47,814 bases of DNA, from the NCBI GenBank assembly GCA_944350285.1, contig CALVOL010000002.1, positions 1-47,814 on the forward strand, read 5' to 3'. Shown piece after piece: positions 9,444 to 17,509 of the stretch (position 1 is its first letter; every line of letters begins with the position of its first letter). The DNA is from an uncultured Bacilli bacterium. Lineage in GTDB: Bacteria; Bacillota_I; Bacilli_A; RF39; UBA660. The translations under genes and the position numbers were made by a program. The notes under the pieces are model-generated. The model saw nothing but the letters and a program-made list of their open reading frames with translations. It ran no database searches and had not been told where the DNA came from.

Positions 9444-9758
9444 TTAGTGATGAAGTTTTTCCAGTTTACTCTGAATAGATTTTGGCAATTTGACATATTT
9501 ATGTAAAATATTTTCAAGAATAAATCCTAAAAAAACAAAAATCAAAAAATAAATATGAATAATACCTTGATTGATATGATACATAATAATTACATATCCT
9601 AAAACAACATCAATCATAAATAAAATGGTCGACAAATACTTCATAATAATTGAATTAGGAAGAAGAACATGAAAATGCCAACGTGTTAAAAAAGAAAACA
9701 AAACACCATATAAAAAAGAAACAAAAAAAGTAAAAAGTTGAATACCTGCACTCATCAC
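9444..9758 (-). CDS. yabQ: Spore cortex biosynthesis membrane protein YabQ
   Basis: 104-aa polytopic membrane ORF that overlaps yabP by 4 nt, at the yabP-yabQ-divIC position. Confidence 0.7.
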   Translation of the reverse strand: MMSAGIQLFTFFVSFLYGVLFSFLTRWHFHVLLPNSIIMKYLSTILFMIDVVLGYVIIMYHINQGIIHIYFLIFVFLGFILENILHKYVKLPKSIQSKLEKLHH

Positions 9759-10057
9759 TTAAATAACTTAGCCATAAAACTTTCTTCTTTGGCTTTTCCT
9801 TGATTTTTCTCTAAGTATTGATAACTGTTAATTTTTCCTTTTATCCACACATTTCCATCATGAGTATCCAACTTTAAAATTTCAAGCCCACTTCCTTTTA
9901 ATAACAAAACTCCCATGGTCGTTTCTAACAAAAACTCTTCGTGGTCAAAACTATTTATTTTCTTAACACCAGAAATATGAATTTCTCTACGATCAATAAT
10001 CTTTACTTCATGATTACTAGGAATTAAAGGGGTATTTGCTTGTTCCATGATTATCAC
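9755..10057 (-). CDS. yabP: Sporulation protein YabP
   Basis: 100-aa ORF. IDRREIHISGVKKINSFDHEEFLLETTMGVLLLKGSGLEI matches the YabP/YqfC family pattern. Confidence 0.85.
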   Translation of the reverse strand: MIIMEQANTPLIPSNHEVKIIDRREIHISGVKKINSFDHEEFLLETTMGVLLLKGSGLEILKLDTHDGNVWIKGKINSYQYLEKNQGKAKEESFMAKLFK

Positions 10058-10096
10058 CTAAATCATCATATTCCAAAAAAGAAAAAAATAGAACAC

Positions 10097-10705
10097 TTAT
10101 TGAAATTCATGACGCGTTTTTCTAAGTTCAATATGTGAGTCTAATAATTTACTATATTCTTCTATTTCTTCATCGCTAGAAACAGAAAGGACTGCGCACA
10201 AAACTTCTTCCGTAGTAGAATGCATAGGGTCATTAACAAGAATGTTGCAATTCATATTCCATAAATAAAATGGCGAGATAAGATTTAAATCAGAAAAAGA
10301 ACTATCTGCATAAAACACATACTTATCGCCTGGACAATCATAAATTTGACAAGAAACAAAAGGAGAATAAAGAGCTAATCGCTCTAACACATCCAAAAGA
10401 GAAACATAATCACTATAGTTCACAAACGGATAGTTCTCACCCAATAAAAACGAAACTAAAAGTTGAACAAACATTTCATCATACTTTAACACAAAAGAAG
10501 TTCTGCCTTCATAGTCTACTTGAAAGGCTATCTCACACCCCATTTGATTTAATTGCATTTCTCGAATAAAATGACATATCAAAAAAAGAAATTCTTGAGA
10601 ATGCTCTTCTACTAAAAAAACACAACATTCTAAACCAGCATATGTCACCGTCACATCATGCTTTGAACACCAATCAAAAAACTGTTGATAATATTTCTTT
10701 TTCAT
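10097..10705 (-). CDS. Hypothetical Cys-rich cytoplasmic protein (202 aa)
   Basis: Clean ORF between spoVG and yabP, co-oriented with both. It has about 10 Cys residues and no recognisable family. Confidence 0.5.
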   Translation of the reverse strand: MKKKYYQQFFDWCSKHDVTVTYAGLECCVFLVEEHSQEFLFLICHFIREMQLNQMGCEIAFQVDYEGRTSFVLKYDEMFVQLLVSFLLGENYPFVNYSDYVSLLDVLERLALYSPFVSCQIYDCPGDKYVFYADSSFSDLNLISPFYLWNMNCNILVNDPMHSTTEEVLCAVLSVSSDEEIEEYSKLLDSHIELRKTRHEFQ

Positions 10706-10720
10706 ACTGTCCCTCTTAAA

Positions 10721-10746
10721 TAAAAAAAATTCTAGTTTCCTAGAAT
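10721..10746 (-). terminator. Rho-independent terminator after spoVG
   Basis: Minus strand reads ATTCTAG-GAAA-CTAGAAT followed by a T8 run, immediately after the spoVG stop. Confidence 0.7.
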
Positions 10747-10747
10747 C

Positions 10748-11014
10748 TTATTCTTCAGAATCTTTATTATATTCTTCTAAAATCGCATCAGTAAATTCTT
10801 TACGAACATCTGGATTGATTGGATGACAAACGTCTCTATATTCACCAGTTGCAGTTTTTCTACTAGGCATAGCAATAAATAAACCGTTGTCTCCTTCAAT
10901 AATTCTGATATCATGAATTGCAAATGCATCATCGATTAATACAGACGCAATTCCTCTCAAACGAGAATTTTCTTTCGTAATTTTACGAACACTAACAGAT
11001 GTAATCTTCATCAT
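10748..11014 (-). CDS. spoVG: Septation/sporulation regulator SpoVG
   Basis: 88-aa ORF. LRGIASVLIDDAFAIHDIRIIEGDNGLFIAMPSRKT..GEYRDVCHPIN is a near-canonical SpoVG core. Confidence 0.95.
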   Translation of the reverse strand: MMKITSVSVRKITKENSRLRGIASVLIDDAFAIHDIRIIEGDNGLFIAMPSRKTATGEYRDVCHPINPDVRKEFTDAILEEYNKDSEE

Positions 11015-11089
11015 CTACACTCCTCTTCTTAAAGTTATGATTAACTTCTATTCATATTTTAAAACATGTTGCAAGATAATTCAAGCATT

Positions 11090-11302
11090 TTACATTAATT
11101 TTACAACAACATCTCCAATTATCACGTCAGCAAAATTAAAACTCTTTTCTACACCATCAATTAACACCGTAAACACATAAGGATATACACCCGACACAAC
11201 GCCGTGATACTCATTATTTTTATTACGCATACCATAAACATGAATAGATACATTCTTATTTAAATAACTTCCAATTCTTTCACGTACAATATCTAAATTC
11301 AT
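11090..11302 (-). CDS. veg: Veg protein (biofilm formation stimulator)
   Basis: 70-aa ORF with IRERIGSYLNKNVSIHVYGMRNK..YHGVVSGVYPYVFTV. It sits at the yabG-veg position. Confidence 0.85.
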   Translation of the reverse strand: MNLDIVRERIGSYLNKNVSIHVYGMRNKNNEYHGVVSGVYPYVFTVLIDGVEKSFNFADVIIGDVVVKLM

Positions 11303-11314
11303 ACATTCTCCTTT

Positions 11315-12097
11315 CTATCTAGGAAACCCAACATACATCATTCCGTTACTAATAATTCCTCCCATACCATTAGCGCCATATTTAGTTTTTTCTAACAACG
11401 ATACCAAATCAATCTCTTTATTTCGTTCACTCATAGCTAATACTGTTGCAATAATTGCCGGGTCCAAAGCATGAATATTAATCCGTTTAGGAGAACTAGC
11501 AAAATTAGCACCCGCGCAAATAAGTTCTTCATAATTACTTTGACAAGCTCCAGCAATAATCACTAACTTTTCATGACTTTTCTCAACCTTACGTGCCTCT
11601 TTAACCGCTTTCACAAAATACTCCGTATTTCGATAATTCTTAATATCTCCTATCCCACCTTTTTTAGGATAATAAGCATCATGTCCTGTTATAATCACAA
11701 TGTCAGGTTGATAATCCAAGAGTAAAGATTTAATTCGTTTAGGGACTTCACTTTCTTCTATTTTCTTACCTACTGCCATCACTCGATTTTTTTTATAAAA
11801 TTTCATACAGCGTTCCAAATAATCTCCATCTGCATCAATATGCAAAACCTTACCAGGAAGATAAAAAAAATCACCCCGCGTCAAATCCTCATCAATAAGT
11901 ACTTCATCTTCATCAATTGCCCTATCTTCCTCTATATAAAGTTCTAAATCCTCTAAGGGAGCATCAGCATATAACCGAACTTGTACACCTTTTAGGTAAG
12001 CTACTTCTCCTTTGATATTTAATATTTTAAAGACCACATCATGTTGATAACTTTTTCGCGTAACCAAATCTCCAATATGAAATATCATAAGCTTCAC
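11315..12097 (-). CDS. yabG: Sporulation-specific peptidase YabG
   Basis: 260-aa ORF. The N-terminal GDLVTRKSYQHDVVFKI and C-terminal IIITGHDAY...IIAGACQS match the YabG layout, and synteny is rsmA-yabG-veg. Confidence 0.85.
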   Translation of the reverse strand: MKLMIFHIGDLVTRKSYQHDVVFKILNIKGEVAYLKGVQVRLYADAPLEDLELYIEEDRAIDEDEVLIDEDLTRGDFFYLPGKVLHIDADGDYLERCMKFYKKNRVMAVGKKIEESEVPKRIKSLLLDYQPDIVIITGHDAYYPKKGGIGDIKNYRNTEYFVKAVKEARKVEKSHEKLVIIAGACQSNYEELICAGANFASSPKRINIHALDPAIIATVLAMSERNKEIDLVSLLEKTKYGANGMGGIISNGMMYVGFPR

Positions 12098-12142
12098 CTA
12101 AAAAATTATATGAAAAAAAAATTAGTTTATCACTAACTTTTC

Positions 12143-12922
12143 TTAAAACACTCCTAAAAATAATTCTACAAACACTTCATAAGATAACTCTTCTGCTCGC
12201 ACACTTTCAGAAAAGCCCTCTTTTTGAAGTACTGGCAAAATTTTATTCCAATCATACATTTTCAAATTATTTCTTAAAGTTTTTCGTTTCTGCGAAAAAC
12301 ACTGCTTTAAAAAAGATTGAAAAGCCGCTACATCTAACGAAACAATGTTTTCCTTACGTACAAATTGAACCAGAGAACTCGTAACTTTTGGGGGTGGAGT
12401 AAACGCGTGAGCAGACACATCAAAAAGTTTTTTTGCTTCAAAGAAATGCTTTAAATATACTGTAAAATAACCATAATCTTTACTCTTTGGCATAGCCGTA
12501 AATCGCAAAGCAACTTCCTTTTGAACTAATAAAGTCATCCCATCTATAAAAATTCCACTTTGTAAAACATGCTCAATAATTGGTGTCGTAATATAATAAG
12601 GAATATTGGCTACTACATAAATATGCCGATACTTTTTTGTAATATCATCCATTAAATTTCGTTCCAAAAAATCATCAAAAATAATCTTAGTAGTAGAGCT
12701 TTCATATGGTAACAAAAAAGATGCCATCCTCTCATCTACTTCATAACACAGCAAGTCAGCAGAACTTTGAGCTAAATATTTCGTTAACGCTCCTTTACCA
12801 GGTCCTATTTCAATAACCAAATCCTCTTCTTCCAGAGGAAAACTATTTGCAATCTTTTTTAATATATTCTCATCTTTCAAAAAATTTTGTCCCAAACTTT
12901 TTTTAGCTTTTACATTATCCAT
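12143..12922 (-). CDS. rsmA: 16S rRNA (adenine1518/1519-N6)-dimethyltransferase RsmA/KsgA
   Basis: 259-aa ORF with LGQNFL, the SAM motif EIGPGKGALT and ANIPYYITTPI. Confidence 0.95.
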   Translation of the reverse strand: MDNVKAKKSLGQNFLKDENILKKIANSFPLEEEDLVIEIGPGKGALTKYLAQSSADLLCYEVDERMASFLLPYESSTTKIIFDDFLERNLMDDITKKYRHIYVVANIPYYITTPIIEHVLQSGIFIDGMTLLVQKEVALRFTAMPKSKDYGYFTVYLKHFFEAKKLFDVSAHAFTPPPKVTSSLVQFVRKENIVSLDVAAFQSFLKQCFSQKRKTLRNNLKMYDWNKILPVLQKEGFSESVRAEELSYEVFVELFLGVF

Positions 12923-12979
12923 AATATCCCTCAGGCTTAATATAACATAAAAAGAAGCAAAATAAAAGAAAAAGAACTC

Positions 12980-13540
12980 TTAACGAGTCCATCCTTCTCT
13001 TAAAACATCATAACTTAAAGTTTTTCTTCCTACATATTGTACAGCTTCTGCTTCGCTAGCCATAAGTAAATCCAAATCATTACCAAGCACGCCTCTATCT
13101 AATACAATAGCCACAATAGGTTCACTAGATACACTAGGAAGATTAAACCTTACAATAGAACCACACGGCAAATTACTAGAAGATGCCACAATTCGAACAT
13201 CACCATAAACACTATCTGGATAGGTTGTAACGCCATTTCTTAAAACATTGTAATTAGATGCACAAGAAAGTCTCCCTGTACAAGCAGGACAATCAGCAGA
13301 ATAACCAGTAATATCTCCAGAATAAGTATCCTTTGCACTGTAAATATCGTTTTGAATATCTTCTTCTAATTTTAAAGCCATCGTACTTAAATTAATAATT
13401 CGATTACTTGCATCATTACTAACTTTCGTCATCTCTTTCGTCGTACTTACATTAGCAATTACCACAAAGAAACATAAAATAAAGACTTGTAAAACAATTC
13501 GTACTTTTTTAGTAATTTTCTTCACTAAGTGACACCTCAT
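12980..13540 (-). CDS. Secreted/membrane-anchored 3D-domain protein (YabE-like C-terminus)
   Basis: 186-aa ORF with an N-terminal TM segment. The C-terminal GYSADCPACTGR...IVASSSNLPCGSIV...VLDRG resembles a 3D/RlpA-like double-psi barrel. It lies at the tatD-yabE-rsmA position. Confidence 0.6.
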   Translation of the reverse strand: MRCHLVKKITKKVRIVLQVFILCFFVVIANVSTTKEMTKVSNDASNRIINLSTMALKLEEDIQNDIYSAKDTYSGDITGYSADCPACTGRLSCASNYNVLRNGVTTYPDSVYGDVRIVASSSNLPCGSIVRFNLPSVSSEPIVAIVLDRGVLGNDLDLLMASEAEAVQYVGRKTLSYDVLREGWTR

Positions 13541-13567
13541 TCTTATGAGTACATCATAGCATAGATG

Positions 13568-14320
13568 TCATGAAATGTCAAAAATTGTCGAAATATTCTG
13601 ATTAGTAATTTTTTCTAGTTGACTTTTCGAAATATCTAGTTCTTCACAAATAAATTCAGCAATCAAAGATATATATTTAGGTTCATTTTGCATACCACGA
13701 TATGGATGTGGAGTCAAATAAGGACTATCTGTTTCTAAAATAATATTAGAAACTATTTCAAGCAATATTTCTTTCAAATGACTATTTTTAAATGTAACTA
13801 CCCCATTAATTCCTAATTTATAACCCATTTTAATATAAATATTAGCCGTTTCCAAACTACCAGAAAAAGAATGAATAACTCCCCAAACATCAGGAAATTC
13901 CTTCAAAATATAAATCGTATCTTCAGTGGCTTCCCTTGAATGAACAACAACTGGTAAATGATATTCTTGAGCCAACTGAAGTTGACTACGAAATAACTCT
14001 TTCTGACGCTCCTTATTCTCTTTCGTATAATGATAATCTAATCCAATTTCTCCAATTCCTATAACTTTATCATCTTTTAAATGTTGTTCTAAAAATAACA
14101 AATCTTCCTGAGTATATCTATCTGCTTCCTCTGGATGAAGCCCGATCACTCCATACATACTAGGATATTCTTGAATTAAATCTAAAACTTCCTGATTATC
14201 TCTCAAACTAGCTCCTGCTAATATAAAACGATTTACTCCATTTTTCAAAGCACGATGGATAACTTCAGGAATAGACTCATAATATTCTGAATAAATATGA
14301 CAATGTGTATCAGTAAACAT
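13568..14320 (-). CDS. tatD: TatD-family metal-dependent hydrolase (YabD)
   Basis: 250-aa ORF with FTDTHCHI, GEIGLDYH, VVHSRE and ETDSPYL motifs. Confidence 0.92.
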   Translation of the reverse strand: MFTDTHCHIYSEYYESIPEVIHRALKNGVNRFILAGASLRDNQEVLDLIQEYPSMYGVIGLHPEEADRYTQEDLLFLEQHLKDDKVIGIGEIGLDYHYTKENKERQKELFRSQLQLAQEYHLPVVVHSREATEDTIYILKEFPDVWGVIHSFSGSLETANIYIKMGYKLGINGVVTFKNSHLKEILLEIVSNIILETDSPYLTPHPYRGMQNEPKYISLIAEFICEELDISKSQLEKITNQNISTIFDIS

Positions 14321-14331
14321 AAGCTCCTCCT

Positions 14332-14361
14332 CAAAAAAAATTTAAACATTTCTGTTTAAAT
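14332..14361 (-). terminator. Rho-independent terminator after metG
   Basis: Minus strand reads ATTTAAAC-AGAAAT-GTTTAAAT followed by a T8 run. The stem is AT-rich, so strength is uncertain. Confidence 0.55.
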
Positions 14362-14384
14362 TTTAAAAATATTGCTTAATAATG

Positions 14385-15938
14385 TCAATCCTTTTTACTT
14401 TCTATCTCCACAAGTTTCTTTTCCATATCAATACGCATAAATATTGGTTCTGGATTCTCAACCTCATAGACAGTATCTTCACAAAAAGTATTATCTGCAT
14501 CTTCAACATGGATTTGTCTCAAAATTTCCTTGCTAGTATCAGGCATAAATGGAGCAAGTTCTGAGGCACAAACCTTAATACTTTCAAGCAAATGATAAAG
14601 TACGGTAAGAAGACGTTCTTCTTTATCTTCATCCTTCGCCAAAGACCAAGGCATAGTATCATCAATATACTTATTAGATTTTCTTAAAACATCAAAAATT
14701 GCATCAATAGACTTTCCAATTTCAAGATGATCCATACACTCATCCACTTTACCTGGAAGGTTTTGAATACTAGAAATAAATTCTTCATCCAAATCTTCTC
14801 GAATATTTTTATTTTCTACCTTACCATCAAAATATTTCTTTGCCATAGAAATAGTACGATTAACCAAATTTCCTAAGATATTAGCAAGATCCCCATTAAT
14901 ACGTTCAATAATCAGTTCATAATTAATGGTACCGTCATTAGCAAAAGGAATTTCATGAAGCACATAATAACGGATGGCATCAACCCCAAATAAGTGGACC
15001 AAGTCATCAGCATACATAATATTACCTTTACTCTTGCTCATTTTATCATTATTCATTAAAAGCCAAGGATGACCAAATACTTGTTTAGGCAAAGGCAAAT
15101 CTAAAGCCATTAATAAAATAGGCCAATAAATCGTATGAAAACGAATGATATCTTTACCGATCAAATGCAAATCAGCTGGCCACCATTTATGAAATTCTTC
15201 ACTTTCACCATCCACATCATACCCAATATTTGTAATATAATTCGATAATGCATCAATCCATACATAAACAACATGTTTATCATTAAAAGGAACTCTTACA
15301 CCCCAGTCAAAAGAAGTTCTAGAAACACACAAATCTTGAAGTCCTGGTTTCAAAAAGTTATTTAACATTTCATTTTTACGAGACTCTGGTTGAATAAATT
15401 CTGGATGAGTTTCAATATACTCTATTAAACGTTCTTGATATTTTGACATCTTAAAAAAATAAGCTTCTTCACTTCGTTTCTCAACATCTCTACCACAATC
15501 AGGACATTTTCCATCTACAAGTTGAGTTTCCGTCCAAAAAGATTCACAAGGAGTACAATACCATCCTTCATACTGCGATAAATAAATATCCCCTTGTTGA
15601 TACAACTTTTCAAAGATATGCTGAACTACTTCTTTATGATGAGAATCTGTTGTTCTAACAAACTTATCATAACTAGTATTCATAACATCCCAAATTCTTT
15701 TTATTTCCCGGGAAATATTATCCACAAACTCTTGAGGCTCTAACCCGGCTTCTTTCGCTTTTTGTTCTATTTTTTCACCATGTTCATCTGTTCCAGTCTG
15801 AAAATAAACATCAAATCCCCTTGCTCTTTTATAACGTGCAATCGCATCCGCCAAAACAATTTCATAAGTATTCCCAATATGAGGTTTACCAGAAGCATAA
15901 GCAATTGCTGTTGTAATATAATATTTTTCCATAAACAT
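14385..15938 (-). CDS. metG: Methionine--tRNA ligase (short form without C-terminal tRNA-binding domain)
   Basis: 517-aa ORF with HIGN (KPHIGNTYE), KMSKS and a Cys knuckle CTPC...CPDC. The true start may be Met3 (15932). Confidence 0.96.
   Translation of the reverse strand: MFMEKYYITTAIAYASGKPHIGNTYEIVLADAIARYKRARGFDVYFQTGTDEHGEKIEQKAKEAGLEPQEFVDNISREIKRIWDVMNTSYDKFVRTTDSHHKEVVQHIFEKLYQQGDIYLSQYEGWYCTPCESFWTETQLVDGKCPDCGRDVEKRSEEAYFFKMSKYQERLIEYIETHPEFIQPESRKNEMLNNFLKPGLQDLCVSRTSFDWGVRVPFNDKHVVYVWIDALSNYITNIGYDVDGESEEFHKWWPADLHLIGKDIIRFHTIYWPILLMALDLPLPKQVFGHPWLLMNNDKMSKSKGNIMYADDLVHLFGVDAIRYYVLHEIPFANDGTINYELIIERINGDLANILGNLVNRTISMAKKYFDGKVENKNIREDLDEEFISSIQNLPGKVDECMDHLEIGKSIDAIFDVLRKSNKYIDDTMPWSLAKDEDKEERLLTVLYHLLESIKVCASELAPFMPDTSKEILRQIHVEDADNTFCEDTVYEVENPEPIFMRIDMEKKLVEIESKKD
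15702..15717. promoter_or_regulatory. Noc-binding-site (NBS) palindrome TATTTCCCGGGAAATA, inside metG
   Basis: Perfect 16-bp palindrome containing the B. subtilis NBS core ATTTCCCGGGAAAT. It is read as N-I-S-R-E-I in metG. Confidence 0.7.
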
Positions 15939-15950
15939 CGTCCTCTCTAA

Positions 15951-16697
15951 TTAATATCCACCGTCTATCACAATATTTTCTCCATTAATATAAGTATTTT
16001 CTTCACTACTTAAATAGTATACTAAGCTAGCAATTTCTTCTGGCTCAGCAAACCTTTTTAAATAAATTTTAGAGCTTTCTTCTAAAATCAAATCTTTTTC
16101 TAAATCTTGGTTCATTTCCGTATTAATCCATCCAGGAGATACAGAATTTACTAAAATTTTAGGAGCATACTCAATCGCAAAATTTTTTGTTAAATTAATA
16201 ATAGCGGCTTTACTAGCATCATAATCAATACTGGTAGGAAAATTACAATCAATTCCATTAGTACTTGCAATATTCACAATTTTAGAAATATCACTACTAG
16301 AATACATTAGTTTACCAAAATATTTACACATTAAATATGTTCCTGTAATATTATTTCTAATTGTTTTCTCAAATAATTCAGTAGATCGTTTGCTAACGTC
16401 CATATCTTCTACAATTGCAGCATTATTAACTAAAACATTTAAATTCGAATACTGTGTTTTAAATTTTTCTAACATATTTAAAACATCAACCTCAACAGAG
16501 ACATTTCCACACAAAACCAATACTTTCACAGAATATTTTTTCTCAATATCAAATTTAATTTGTTTACATTCTGCTTCGTATTCCTTAAAATCATTAATAA
16601 CAACATCATATCCGTTTTGAGCAAATTTATAAGCGCAAGCCTTGCCTAGACCACGTCTAGTACCTGTAATTAAAGCTACTTTTGTCAACAACATCAT
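15951..16697 (-). CDS. Short-chain dehydrogenase/reductase (FabG-like SDR)
   Basis: Motifs TGTRRGLG (TGxxxGxG), NNAA and YDASKAA (YxxxK). The start is placed at MMLLTKVALITG, after the GGAAAGG SD. The ORF-track extension to 16745 runs through an NBS palindrome and the T-box terminator. Confidence 0.85.
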   Translation of the reverse strand: MMLLTKVALITGTRRGLGKACAYKFAQNGYDVVINDFKEYEAECKQIKFDIEKKYSVKVLVLCGNVSVEVDVLNMLEKFKTQYSNLNVLVNNAAIVEDMDVSKRSTELFEKTIRNNITGTYLMCKYFGKLMYSSSDISKIVNIASTNGIDCNFPTSIDYDASKAAIINLTKNFAIEYAPKILVNSVSPGWINTEMNQDLEKDLILEESSKIYLKRFAEPEEIASLVYYLSSEENTYINGENIVIDGGY

Positions 16698-16705
16698 CCT
16701 TTCCA

Positions 16706-16727
16706 AATTATTTCCCGGGAAATAATT
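16706..16727. promoter_or_regulatory. NBS palindrome, 22-bp extended form AATTATTTCCCGGGAAATAATT
   Basis: Perfect 22-bp palindrome lying between the T-box terminator T-run and the SDR Shine-Dalgarno. Confidence 0.7.
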
Positions 16728-16730
16728 AAA

Positions 16731-16925
16731 AAAAATCATAAACAAAAGGACGAGAAACCCGCGGTACCACCTTTATTTATGATTTTACTCATACACTTAT
16801 TACGATAACGGTGTAATCCGTTTCAACTCCAGAGCCATCTTCTATAGAATTCCATTATTTACTCTCAGCTAACGTAAACTCTCTTGAAATATCCTTCTAT
16901 ATACTCTTTCCTTCCTCATTGAATA
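16731..16925 (-). ncRNA. T-box riboswitch leader, probable Met specifier, controlling SDR-metG
   Basis: The minus strand carries the diagnostic T-box sequence GGTGGTACCGCG (plus 16761-16772). A long terminator helix AAAATCATAAATAAAGG/CCTTTTGTTTATGATTTT plus a T-run follows. AGAGA-type stem I elements are present, and GAAGAUGG supplies a candidate AUG specifier (16836-16838). Confidence 0.75.
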
Positions 16926-16930
16926 ACTTA

Positions 16931-16958
16931 ATTCTAACATAGAATTACAAAATGTCAA
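16931..16958 (-). promoter_or_regulatory. Sigma-A promoter for the T-box leader
   Basis: Minus strand has TTGACA (16953-16958), a 16-nt spacer, then TAGAAT (16931-16936) preceded by TGT (extended -10-like). It overlaps the 3' end of spoVT. Confidence 0.55.
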
Positions 16959-17472
16959 TTTTATTTACTAATAATTTTGCAATAAATTGCATAATTTTTT
17001 TCTTAGTTTCTTCGATTTCTTGTGACTCTTCAAGTAAGAGCAACCCTAAAGCATCTCCCGATACAATCAAAGGGATTACATAATAATAAGCTTCCTTCGA
17101 CGTAGTAGGAAATAAAACTTCCTTCACTTTAGAAACATAACTCTCCCTTTCTTCCAATAAACGATTTAATGTCGGATTATAAAGAGTATTTAAATAGTCT
17201 GGAACTAAACTCGCAACGACCTTATCTCGATCCATAACAAGAATAGATAATCCCATCGTATCATAAGCATATTGAATAATTGTCGTCGCAATATTTTCTA
17301 AAGAAAGAAGTAACGAAGTCTTTTTCAAACAAATACTTTGATTATCTACAAATATTTCTAAACTTTCTCCATCACGAATGCCTAAACTACGTCTCATTTC
17401 TTTAGGAATAACAACTCGACCTAATTCATCAATTTTTCGTACTACACCAATTTCTTTCACAAAAAGTTTCAC
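16945..17472 (-). CDS. spoVT: Stage V sporulation protein T (AbrB-type N-domain plus GAF-like domain)
   Basis: 175-aa ORF with the SpoVT/AbrB swapped-hairpin motif GRVVIPKEMRRSLGIRDGESLEIF. It lies directly downstream of mfd, as in B. subtilis. Confidence 0.88.
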   Translation of the reverse strand: MKLFVKEIGVVRKIDELGRVVIPKEMRRSLGIRDGESLEIFVDNQSICLKKTSLLLSLENIATTIIQYAYDTMGLSILVMDRDKVVASLVPDYLNTLYNPTLNRLLEERESYVSKVKEVLFPTTSKEAYYYVIPLIVSGDALGLLLLEESQEIEETKKKIMQFIAKLLVNKIDIL

Positions 17473-17509
17473 TCCAATCTAATAAGTAGTTTGGAGTGTT
17501 AAGAGTATT

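Noticed and set aside
16698-16745. An N-terminal extension of the SDR ORF (MFMIFFNYFPGNNLER...).
   Set aside because: The extension reads through the T-box terminator T-run and the NBS palindrome. A good SD (GGAAAGG) precedes the internal MMLLTKVALITG start, which also matches normal SDR N-termini.
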